From positions 1 through 64,000 of IMG/VR virus record IMGVR_UViG_3300023179_006134: a stretch of DNA of 64,000 nt; one strand, given 5' to 3'. The DNA is from a virus. Below the pieces are notes generated by a model. It saw only the letters and a program-made list of their open reading frames with translations, was not told the DNA's origin and did not search any database. This document shows positions 38,101 to 46,800 of this stretch, one piece after another. Made by a program: the position numbers and the translations under genes. The first letter of the stretch is position 1. Each line of letters opens with the position of its first letter.

Positions 38101-41038
38101 ATCGTAATCCCGTAAAAGGAGCAACAGATGGACTATTCGATGCATTTACAACTAATAAGTGATATACACCATCCTGTTCTCCGGGAATATAAGGTTCAAT
38201 TTGTTGAGCTCTATAAACAATCAAAGTTTCTCTATATTGTTTGCGAACAAATCTTGGAAGTGATGTTGTTCGAGTCGAAACATTATTCACAAAGGTTCCT
38301 GGATTTGTGGTTAGACCTACAGTAAACTGTTTGAGACTTGAGATTCCAACGACACTATAACCAAAATTAAATCCAGAGTTGACTGTTCCGGCAGTATTTG
38401 CAGAACTTACAACATTTAGAATACTTACCTGACTTCCAATAGACAATTCGTGAGGAAGTTCTGTATCAAAATATGCATATGTTCCATCCCAACTTGCATT
38501 CGAAATAATACGAAAGTTTCTTATCTCATTTTCGTTTGAGATTGAGACCGTTGTTGGACTAAATGCCTTGGCAACTTCTGCGTCTGATGAACCAATTGTA
38601 GTGGAGGATTCTTGAATAATAAATCCGTCCAGTGGTGGTCTTGCAGATGTAACACCAGCAGATGCAGGAATTACATAACGAAGTCTATAAATTGTATCCA
38701 GAACACTTCTTGGATCAACTTTACGATAGAGATATGTTCTGGGTGTGGATGCTCCAAGAGCAGTAGTTCCCAATGAAACAATCGTAGAGTAAATACTGTT
38801 TTGTGTAGATGCAGCAGAAACATTTATATACCAGTTATTTTGAGAAGTATCATACTGAATCGGATGTCCAAAACTACCAGGAGTTTTATCAACAACTCGA
38901 CTTTCGATTGTAAGAATTCCACCCTTATTATTTACTGAAATTGGTGTATCATTAATTGCATCATTTGGTGTTTTTGCAAGTTTAATTTGTGTAGTAGATG
39001 TTATTCCGGTTCCAGAAGTAATCGCATAATAAGTTATATTTGAAATAATTCCATCGGGAAGATTTCCAGTAAAACTTTTTACACGAACCGATTCTCCTTC
39101 AATAAAAGTATGAGGTTGTGTGAGTGTAAAGACATTTGAGGTAATACTGCTCACACCCGCAATAGACTGTGCAACCTGAAAGGATTTGATTGCGATTGTT
39201 TCATTTGCAGTTCCTTGAGTGTCTGGCATTACAATATTTGCCGAATACTCTTGAGACGATCCAGAATTCGAAATTAATACGTTCAGAGTATCATCTGTTT
39301 TTGCACCGACTCGATATCCCTGAAGAACATTTTGTGGTGGAGTTGAGGCATTTGTTTCATTATAAAGATATAGACGACTTGTGCTTGCAACTCCAACAGT
39401 TTTTGCAACATCAATTCCAATAAACTCAATCGTTCCTTCGAGAGTTTCAATTTCTCTTGGTGGAATTACGTGAGTAATATACCCTACATCATCTCTTGGG
39501 AATGCATTTCTCTTGAATCCAGTTGCAAGAAGTGACTTTGATCCAAAGTTGGAGTTGGAGTTATTAATTGATTGATCTCCACCACTTTCTGCATTAAAGT
39601 GCGAATGAAATCCAATTGCAAAAATAGATACGTTTTGAATATATGCATCATTAATGGTTCGAATATGAAAACTCTCATATGCCGGTTTATAAACTGCTCT
39701 TGAATTGATACTTAAATTCTCATTTCCAGGAACAGTGCTGTCCGTATATTGTCCGGTGGTTGTATTATAAAGAACGAATGCACGATCATCTTTTTGTAGA
39801 CTGATTCCTGTAAATTGTGCAAGAACCATCGACTTAAATCCTGTTGCCTTATCACCATCCGACAAAACTCCACACATTCCATAAACAGAACGCAAGGAAA
39901 CATTAAAAATATATGGAGATGCAGAGGCAACAGTATCAGTTTTGAGAGATAAAGATGCTCCTGTGACCGAAGGAAGAGCATTTATTGGTGCATTTTGAAC
40001 CTGATAGGTAATCTGATTTGTTGCAGGAACACTTGTAACAACAAATTCTCCATTATAATCGTTATCTGATACATTATTAATTCGGAATGCGGTATCAACA
40101 TCCAATCCGGTTATAGATTCTAATGTTGCAGTAATGGTTGTGGTCGGAGTGATACCATTTCCAGCACGAATACTTGTAATTCCAATATTACCTCCTGTTG
40201 GTCCCACAATACGATACTCACCAATTTTTGGTTGAATATCAAGACCCGAAGAAGGATAATCTGGTTGAATTTGACGACCTGATGCTTGCCCATATGCAAG
40301 ACCAACCTTCTCATAATACATTTCTAGATCTGTGCGATCTGTAGAGTAAGTTTGGAAAGCATCAGAAATACTTACATCATTTACACCATCTGCATACTCA
40401 AAGCACGAAAGTTTATGATGTGAAAAATTCGGAACAAATAAATTGTCCGTATAATCTGTGTAACACTGTCCATTTGGATCTGCATCAAATAGTGAGAACT
40501 GCCAAAAATAACAAGTACCAGTCACACGAAAGATACAAGACCTTTCAATATTATCATTTGTTGGATTCGGAACATATTTGGGACGGATTTTTGTTTTTCT
40601 TAAATCCAGTCCAACAAGTGAAGTACCACGAGGTATGATTACTCCACCGTGAATACTATTCAGTTTATAGAGTTGATTGTCGGGAGAAGATAAATCAAAG
40701 GTCGTTGTTAAATCAAAAGGTGGAAAATCATTAGAGGTTTCTCCACCACGAAGTCTGTAATTATTTGCACCATCTGGAATCCAACCAGGACGATTATCAA
40801 CAATATGATCTCCAGGATAAACAAGAATCGTAGTCTTATCAAATCTATCATTATCCAGACCAATCTGATATGAGAATCTTGCAGATTCAATCAGTGCTCT
40901 TTGAATTGTTTTAAATGGACGTGTTAAACTATTTCCTTGATTTTCAATATTATCAGTCGAGTCAAGGCTACTAGGGTCAACATATAAAATTGTACCACGT
41001 ACTGACTTAAGAAAATTATCTAATCTGGAGAGACCCAT
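35174..41038 (-). CDS. Very large cyanophage virion fibre/structural protein
   Basis: 1954 aa, MGLSRLDNFLK...ILYVDP...GNSLTRPFKTIQRALIE, which I recognise as a conserved cyanomyovirus structural protein. ASGHTFEYVG.G motif shared with 9966..11546; ATAAATA at 41070-41076. Confidence 0.8.
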   Translation of the reverse strand: MGLSRLDNFLKSVRGTILYVDPSSLDSTDNIENQGNSLTRPFKTIQRALIESARFSYQIGLDNDRFDKTTILVYPGDHIVDNRPGWIPDGANNYRLRGGETSNDFPPFDLTTTFDLSSPDNQLYKLNSIHGGVIIPRGTSLVGLDLRKTKIRPKYVPNPTNDNIERSCIFRVTGTCYFWQFSLFDADPNGQCYTDYTDNLFVPNFSHHKLSCFEYADGVNDVSISDAFQTYSTDRTDLEMYYEKVGLAYGQASGRQIQPDYPSSGLDIQPKIGEYRIVGPTGGNIGITSIRAGNGITPTTTITATLESITGLDVDTAFRINNVSDNDYNGEFVVTSVPATNQITYQVQNAPINALPSVTGASLSLKTDTVASASPYIFNVSLRSVYGMCGVLSDGDKATGFKSMVLAQFTGISLQKDDRAFVLYNTTTGQYTDSTVPGNENLSINSRAVYKPAYESFHIRTINDAYIQNVSIFAIGFHSHFNAESGGDQSINNSNSNFGSKSLLATGFKRNAFPRDDVGYITHVIPPREIETLEGTIEFIGIDVAKTVGVASTSRLYLYNETNASTPPQNVLQGYRVGAKTDDTLNVLISNSGSSQEYSANIVMPDTQGTANETIAIKSFQVAQSIAGVSSITSNVFTLTQPHTFIEGESVRVKSFTGNLPDGIISNITYYAITSGTGITSTTQIKLAKTPNDAINDTPISVNNKGGILTIESRVVDKTPGSFGHPIQYDTSQNNWYINVSAASTQNSIYSTIVSLGTTALGASTPRTYLYRKVDPRSVLDTIYRLRYVIPASAGVTSARPPLDGFIIQESSTTIGSSDAEVAKAFSPTTVSISNENEIRNFRIISNASWDGTYAYFDTELPHELSIGSQVSILNVVSSANTAGTVNSGFNFGYSVVGISSLKQFTVGLTTNPGTFVNNVSTRTTSLPRFVRKQYRETLIVYRAQQIEPYIPGEQDGVYHLLVVNASNSPSVAPFTGLRFSQPIQNLYPQLNRDNPVSDPKAATSFALSNPIGQVVVDDPQSSITKESLSKGLIDFGVGVGLTDIVSSSTGIAHTFHTAIDHGFNPITSVGITSAGLAYGVGSGGVENLYNARLVGFAGSTTGANATARITVNASGSITAVKIIDGGSAYGIGNTLAVVGVATTSGFVQGYVTVTGVYNHIGECLTVAGVVPATLNGYNTVYKITGIATGNIKQLQVESASAVGNASTTGIGVTVTAYSRAINAGKSIDITTLTYDNTTGISTITTIQNHGLSVGNKITIGGANSSLFNSDFLVKKVNSLVQFETFVGIGTTSPATTGTKTIYIKAFGSQGGTVTTEDENIAGRLEPQYAGITTTLSSAINTATVDNFNIQNITSLDLNIGDYLLIDSEIMRIKTTVTGNPVYVFRGVYGTNASTHDNGSVVRRIKLRPIELRRHSIIRASGHTFEYVGFGPGNYSTAFPDRQDRVLSDQEEILSQSTKVDGGLVVFTGMNDRGAFYVGNKKVNSATGQEQVFDSPIPTVTGEDILSAVSIGFDALTPLEISVSRSIRVEGGTDGKLISEFDGPVIFNQKITSNAPDGIEANSIFLQGDATVSRKYTVGVTQPTVSGNPGDIAYYTDPNRGGYVGWIYTLENDWYRFGNISISETENHMIFDRVGIATTSAGTSRLVIGAGSSLFSVNATGGVGIGTTANTFKLNVNGNTNIGGTITASYFSGDGSLLSNVNISAAGWTNITGGIYNTALNNVGIGTSVPRFNLELGAIGTSSTSLYVNGTSTFIGLVTTGNVVVGGMLTSTSFRLDGSSSNIRAGIITTTTLNVGTGGTIITTNSTSVGIGTTSPRAKLDIEGHTRFKTYSENVEYLSVVANQVTIDLSKAQSFICTATSNIDQFNLLNPPSASTEFTIKIDQDSTGSRTVGIDTFRNSVGTAIPVYWPGGGVLPIVTPTASRSDIYTFKTFDGSNITSVGLYGVVVGQNFAN

Positions 41039-41083
41039 TTTTTTATTACTTATAGTTTCCGTTATAAGTTATTTATCATACGA

Positions 41084-41109
41084 CAAAACCTCCGGTGAAG
41101 GAGGTTTTG
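41084..41109. terminator. Hairpin terminator (possibly bidirectional)
   Basis: CAAAACCTCC-GGTGAA-GGAGGTTTTG perfect 10-bp stem downstream of the three small ORFs. Confidence 0.7.
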
Positions 41110-41254
41110 GATTTACAAAAGTAAAGTTTAATATCTGGATATTTTAATAATAAGAGCACATATCATTACAGAATAACTTAGAAGAAATGCGTGAAAATAA
41201 TCCACGAGTAAAAATTCTTGTTTACTCTTTTATGTATGATTTTTATGAGTAATA

Positions 41255-41425
41255 TTACTCACTTTGTTTTGATTTACTGATAAGATATTCAACAGTATTT
41301 ACAACGTCATTCATCGCATCACGGAGATTTAAACTTTGCCCCGATTCCATATCAAAAGTGGATGGGTCTGTAAGTGTCCATCTCCACTGATTCATATCTT
41401 GATTATACCAGAGATTTATGATCAT
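41255..41425 (-). CDS. Small hypothetical protein (56 aa)
   Basis: Hand-translated MIINLWYNQDMNQWRWTLTDPSTFDMESGQSLNLRDAMNDVVNTVEYLISKSKQSE; overlaps the upstream ORF. Confidence 0.6.
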   Translation of the reverse strand: MIINLWYNQDMNQWRWTLTDPSTFDMESGQSLNLRDAMNDVVNTVEYLISKSKQSE

Positions 41426-41570
41426 TCTTACAGTATTCCAAGTTAACCCAATTCAGAAGAGCATTTATTTCTGTTTTCTTTTTTTCAGTAAAATCATTAC
41501 CTTTACTGAATAAGTAGAAATCTAGTGCTTCGATAGCAAGTTGTCTGTCTTTTTGTGATAGTAATGACAT
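41403..41570 (-). CDS. Small hypothetical protein (55 aa)
   Basis: Hand-translated MSLLSQKDRQLAIEALDFYLFSKGNDFTEKKKTEINALLNWVNLEYCKNDHKSLV. Confidence 0.6.
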   Translation of the reverse strand: MSLLSQKDRQLAIEALDFYLFSKGNDFTEKKKTEINALLNWVNLEYCKNDHKSLV

Positions 41571-41581
41571 TTTATGTTTTA

Positions 41582-41770
41582 TCAGGGGCCTGTATATACT
41601 AATTTATCTTCTTCTAATGTGCTACGAACGTATTGTAATACATTCATAAACTCATCTACAGTATCACAGGACACTTTCCTCTCACTACCTTCGTTAGAAT
41701 ACAAATATACTGTTCTTTTGAGGGTGTCCACAACGCATCTTGTCAGATACTCTTCTTGCATTTGAGTCAT
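41582..41770 (-). CDS. Small hypothetical protein (62 aa)
   Basis: EEYLTRCVVD...YLYSNEG...V.C....EFMNVL; first gene after a consensus promoter. Confidence 0.65.
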   Translation of the reverse strand: MTQMQEEYLTRCVVDTLKRTVYLYSNEGSERKVSCDTVDEFMNVLQYVRSTLEEDKLVYTGP

Positions 41771-41785
41771 TTTGATTGCTTATGT

Positions 41786-41814
41786 ATTATAAGGCACTGA
41801 AGAAGTTTTGTCAA
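41786..41814 (-). promoter_or_regulatory. Consensus sigma70-type (early) promoter
   Basis: Exact TTGACA-17 nt-TATAAT; -10 box ends 15 nt upstream of the ATG at 41770. Confidence 0.85.
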
Positions 41815-41819
41815 GGAAT

Positions 41820-42560
41820 TTATTTCAAATTTAACCAATCTTGTCCCGGATAATCTTTGGCAGATGTTCCCTCATATTCAACAATCAATTTTTCCATATC
41901 TTTTCTTTCTGCATAAACAGTAAAATAACAATTTGTTGGTCCACTTTCTCTATTTTTGATTATGATTTGTTGTCCCCAGATTATTTTTTCCACATAAAGT
42001 TCTTGATAAGTTCCATATGGCGTTAAGTTTACACTTATTGACTCTGGATGAATCAAATCTTTCCAATATTTTGGAAGTTCAATTACATTTGTATCTTCCA
42101 ATTTTCCACGAAAATACACTGCAATTTCTGGCCCTTCTAAACTAATATGTCGCAGACGATGTGTTTCTGGTTTGGAGGGATGTGGAATATCAAACGGTTT
42201 TGCAGGAAGTGCTTTTGCAAGATTAATGTCTGAGATTATGTTAACACCAGAAACAGTTAATGATCCAAGAACATTTAAATTTAGATCTATAGCTACACTA
42301 CCATTAAAATATGAAGTCGTTGCATCAACAAAAAATTGTGCAATCGGGCCCGTGCTTCTTTCTAAAGTTACATTTGCAGTGCTCGTGCCATCTAAATGTA
42401 GATAAACATAATCTGATGGAGTACTCAAGAGCACCATTGAGACATCATCTAAATTAAATGTCGGGTCCTCAAATATATTTGTAAAATCATCATTTTGACG
42501 AAATTTATATTGTGCTCCGGGACCCGAAAATGTTCCATAGTTTTGAAATAAAAATGCCAT
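41820..42560 (-). CDS. Spike-associated protein with C-terminal chaperone-like domain
   Basis: KPFDIPHP...RLRHISLEGPE..VYFRG...IELP.YW..L...SV.LTP.G..Q.L; paralog of the next gene. Confidence 0.55.
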   Translation of the reverse strand: MAFLFQNYGTFSGPGAQYKFRQNDDFTNIFEDPTFNLDDVSMVLLSTPSDYVYLHLDGTSTANVTLERSTGPIAQFFVDATTSYFNGSVAIDLNLNVLGSLTVSGVNIISDINLAKALPAKPFDIPHPSKPETHRLRHISLEGPEIAVYFRGKLEDTNVIELPKYWKDLIHPESISVNLTPYGTYQELYVEKIIWGQQIIIKNRESGPTNCYFTVYAERKDMEKLIVEYEGTSAKDYPGQDWLNLK

Positions 42561-43222
42561 TATGCATCAACCTCAGTAATCAATATTTCTACATCTCTTC
42601 TTGTTGCAAAGATATGATAAAAACAATTGATTGGAATTCCAGATTTGGACTGAAGATATACCTTATTATTTCCGATTCTTTTTACAATAATATCCTGATG
42701 TGCTCCAATTGGAGTGAGAGAGACTGTAATCGTAGTCTCATCAATTAATTTTGTCCAGTATTCTGGGAGTTCAATTTCTGTTCGATTCAGAACTCTTCCA
42801 CGACAATACACTGCGTTTTCTGGACCCTCTAAACAAGAATGAATGAGTTTCTTTTCTGGTTTCGTAGGATGGTCAATAATAAAGTTTTTGATTTGTGCCT
42901 GAAGAATTCTTGTTCTTACAATATCTGCCTCAATAAACCTTGATTTTAGAAGTTCATCTACTCTTACAAATCTTTCAAATCTTGCCATCAATTTACACCA
43001 AAGAGAATATATTGGTGCAGTTTTTACATCTTCATTTGCCGAAACTCCAACCATTAGTGATGCCTGTGCTGCTGAAAATTGTTGTGCCGCACCAACCTGT
43101 AATGGTCCTTCTACAAAAGAAGAACCTCTGATTTTTGTGGGACCAACTCCAAGGGCAACTGGCACACCAGCACCTACAACAAGTTGTCCACCTACTGCAA
43201 TATCATCCACACAATCTGACAT
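42560..43222 (-). CDS. Spike-associated protein with C-terminal chaperone-like domain
   Basis: KNFIIDHP...KLIHSCLEGPE..VY.RG...IELPEYW..L...TVSLTPIG..Q. Confidence 0.55.
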   Translation of the reverse strand: MSDCVDDIAVGGQLVVGAGVPVALGVGPTKIRGSSFVEGPLQVGAAQQFSAAQASLMVGVSANEDVKTAPIYSLWCKLMARFERFVRVDELLKSRFIEADIVRTRILQAQIKNFIIDHPTKPEKKLIHSCLEGPENAVYCRGRVLNRTEIELPEYWTKLIDETTITVSLTPIGAHQDIIVKRIGNNKVYLQSKSGIPINCFYHIFATRRDVEILITEVDA

Positions 43223-43234
43223 TTGTTTTACTCC

Positions 43235-43855
43235 TTATTTACAAGATTCTTTAGACTGAAAATCCTTTCCACCAACCTTACTATCTTTGACTGCAACTGC
43301 ATCAGTAATTTGACGAATCATTGATGAGTATATTTTCATACCACTATTTGCTGCCATTTCTACATTTCCTGGACTTGCTAGTTTTAGAAAAGTCTTGGCA
43401 TTTACCAAAACTTTTTTTCCGTCCATTTTTATATTTTCACTTGCATTCATTGTAATATTTCCCTTGCTTCCCCCTTCACCCACAGCAACCATTTCAATAT
43501 CGGTTGCCTGCATTCTAATTTTACCATTTCTTGCAATAATGTCAATGTTTCCATTTTTTGCACAAATCATCAAAGTATCTTCTGCTTCTTTTTTATCATC
43601 TCCCGATACAATTGAAATTCTACCTGGAGCAGTGATTTGAGTACATCCTTTTCTGGGACCATCCTTATCTAGAACAATCGAATGTCTTCCATCAGAAGCC
43701 TGAATTAAAACATCGGCAATTACATCACCTGGTTTATGAAGATGACCGAGAGTAATTGATCCGTGATCGTTACTTCCAATACAATTTGTTGTATATGTTT
43801 TTTTAGAAGTTGTGTTACCAGATCTATCGTTAACAGTATTTTGTGCAGTTGCCAT
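43235..43855 (-). CDS. gp5 C-terminal-like beta-helical spike protein
   Basis: 206 aa with repeating short beta strands (IDIIA.NGKIRMQA..IEM.A...NITMNA..NIKM); located downstream of the gp5 OB-fold gene. Confidence 0.5.
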   Translation of the reverse strand: MATAQNTVNDRSGNTTSKKTYTTNCIGSNDHGSITLGHLHKPGDVIADVLIQASDGRHSIVLDKDGPRKGCTQITAPGRISIVSGDDKKEAEDTLMICAKNGNIDIIARNGKIRMQATDIEMVAVGEGGSKGNITMNASENIKMDGKKVLVNAKTFLKLASPGNVEMAANSGMKIYSSMIRQITDAVAVKDSKVGGKDFQSKESCK

Positions 43856-43867
43856 CAGGTATAAAAA

Positions 43868-46800
43868 TTAAATGAGATTTGTGGGAGTTCCCGGAATATT
43901 GAGTCTGGGATTGTTGCTATTGTTATCGGTACCAAACTTCTCAATTGCACTTGGAGCAGTTGTGACTTCTGCCGTGATGCTTTCTTGAAGAGTATCATAA
44001 ACACGAATGAGTGTTCCGACTGTCTTATAGTATCCTGCATAACGAATACCGTTTTCATAGAAAACAGCACCATAGTAAGGTCTTCCACCTATGTATCCAG
44101 TTTGTTTGAGACCGACAAGATCGGTCACCTGAATGAGTTTCTGATTGTCTCTGGTCAGAGCAGGATCAATCGGATCTCTTACAACTCTGAATACTGGTCG
44201 GAAGGAAGCATTCACTCCCGTATCTGATATCATAGTGATTGATGGATACTCTGGGAAACAGGTACCATTATCCAAAATTTTGACTCTAGAGATTCTTCCA
44301 AAAGAATCACAAACATAATCTAAAATTACACCATTATCCGGAACAATTTGAAGTTTATCTACTCCACAATTATAGTTGATTCCAGGATTTTCGACAATTA
44401 CTTCATCAAGTATCAAACAAACAGGATATTGTGGTGGAGGGGGCAATTCACCCGTTCCTGGTGGTGTTGGTCCTGGTGGTGTTGGTCCTGGTGGTGTTGG
44501 TCCTGGTGGTAGGTCCACACATTTTTGAGTTACTGGGTCATACTCTTGACCTGGAGGACAATCAATCGGCGGTTTAATACATTTTTTAGTAATCTTATCA
44601 TATACTTCACCAGGAGGACAAATATTAATACATTCTCCGGTTTTTGGATCTAGTATTTGCCCAGGAGGACACTCTTTGGGTGGAGGTTCACATTTTCCAG
44701 TGATTGGATTTAGTTTTAATCCAGGAGGACAGGCATAACCATTTCCAGGATCGTCTACAATTACTCTTGATATAATTCCCTTTCCCTTAACCAGTTTAGG
44801 ACAGGGTGGTGGAATTAAAATCGCAGAAACACCAATGGGATTTGTCGTCCAGGGAAGAGGAGCAACTTTACTGACCGATGAGTTTTTAATAATCTCTACA
44901 AAAGTCACTACAGGATTTTCTCTGAATCCAGTGTTTGCTATTCTAATGTTTGAGAGTTCTAATTGTACTGATTTTTTTCCTTTTGTTGCATTAAACAAAA
45001 ATGTTCTTTTGTCCTCAAATACCTTAGCCCTTCCTACCTCTATTCCATCAACTCGAACGATTACTAAATCATCTGCTAGTGCAGTTAGATTATATTTACC
45101 ATCTTCAGGGAAATCAACATTTCTCCAAGTCATAATCCAAGTTTTTCCCTGAATTTCTTCTGTTGGAGTCAAAGTATTCTCAAAGAATGGGGATATTAAA
45201 CCAGGAACATAACTTGCAAGAGCAGGACCTTCATAAGTTACACCATCTTTATTTGTTCCGGAACCATAAGTTTCGATGTTGGTATTAACAGGTGCTGCAT
45301 TTGGTATTGCAGTAGGAGCATAAAATGCAACACCTTCACTTACATAACCAAGTGCGGGTAGTGTTGGTATTTCATTTGTATCTGCAGTATAAAAATGTTC
45401 TCCTGGAATCGGACCAAATACACCAATTCCTGGAGGTCTATAAAATCTAAAAACTTCAATTCGATTTGGTCCAGGTTGTGAATATACAAGACCAACAATT
45501 CCTTCGAAGGAATATCCAGCCAATATTGCAGAACTTTTTTCACCACCATCAATTGTATATAAGTGATCTCCACCATTAAATAAACGATACACTGGAACTG
45601 TTTCGGCAACATTTGTGGATTCTTTTCTGAACATCTTCCACGCAGTACCTTGAGAATTTTCAGGTTTGAGTAGATTTTCGTCTAATAATTCTTCTTTTGG
45701 ATTGGTAGTATAAAAGTGTGTTGCACCTGCTGGTCCACTAAAATCTTCAGTATAATACCGGAGCATATCAACCAATATGATATCACTCACCGATGGTCCT
45801 GTAGATGGAACAGATATTTCCCAATCTCTGGTACTAAAAACTTTGATTGGAATATCAAATGCTCTTTCGATAGGTGTATTAAAAACTTCGACTTCAATTT
45901 GATGAGTTCCTTTTTCCAAATAAACTTTTTCTAATCTTGGATTGGATACAGTAAATGGATCTAATTTCGATACTTCCTTTCCATCAATTAAAACTCTTCC
46001 AGTATTATCGACAGTTCCACGAACTCCATAAAATCCAGGATATGGAAGTTCGACAGTCCAGGTGTTTGTAAAATTAACTCCTGCCCTATCAGTTTCATCA
46101 GTATCAAATGGTGGAACTGGTGAAATTGCATACCGATTCATAAACTTGGACCAGGCAGTTCCCTTGGTTGGATCACCTGTAGTACGTCTCACTGGATACC
46201 ACTGTTCCTTTGATGTTGGAAATCTTGTTGACCAAATTGGATTTGGAGGGCATCTTCCGGTTTGAATTGGTGCTGGTTCTTTTGGAACAGGAAGTGGTGG
46301 GGCATCAATACTCACCGAAATTCCCATTGGATTTTCATTAAAAGATTTTGGAGATACAATTTCTCCGGTTGTAAATGTAGTCTCAATATTGACTGCAAGA
46401 ACCATTGGATTTCTTGTAGCAATCGGTCCAACTTCAATATTTTCTAACTCTGCACGAATCGTATAGTTTCCTTGATTAAATGTATATACCTGATCTAAAT
46501 CTGGATTTCTTTTTCCTGGGGCATAAAAACCTTCCTTACGAATTAAAGTTTCACCAATATAAAGAGAGACATTATCATCCACAGCAATTTGAATTCTATA
46601 ATCGCCAGTAACCGGAAAGGTTACATTATTCCAAATAATAGTATGAATTCCTGCAAATGATTTAACCTGTGCCTCTGCGGTTGAAGTGTCAAAGGGGCAT
46701 ACACCATAACGATCAAGTAAACCGGATGTAAGTGATGCTGCCGGATTTGTTCTCCAAAGAGTACGATTTGCCTTTGAAATATAATCAACAGTATTAAAAA

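Noticed and set aside
43855-44088. 77-aa ORF overlapping the end of the 1611-aa gene
   Set aside because: Nested alternative frame with no supporting motif.
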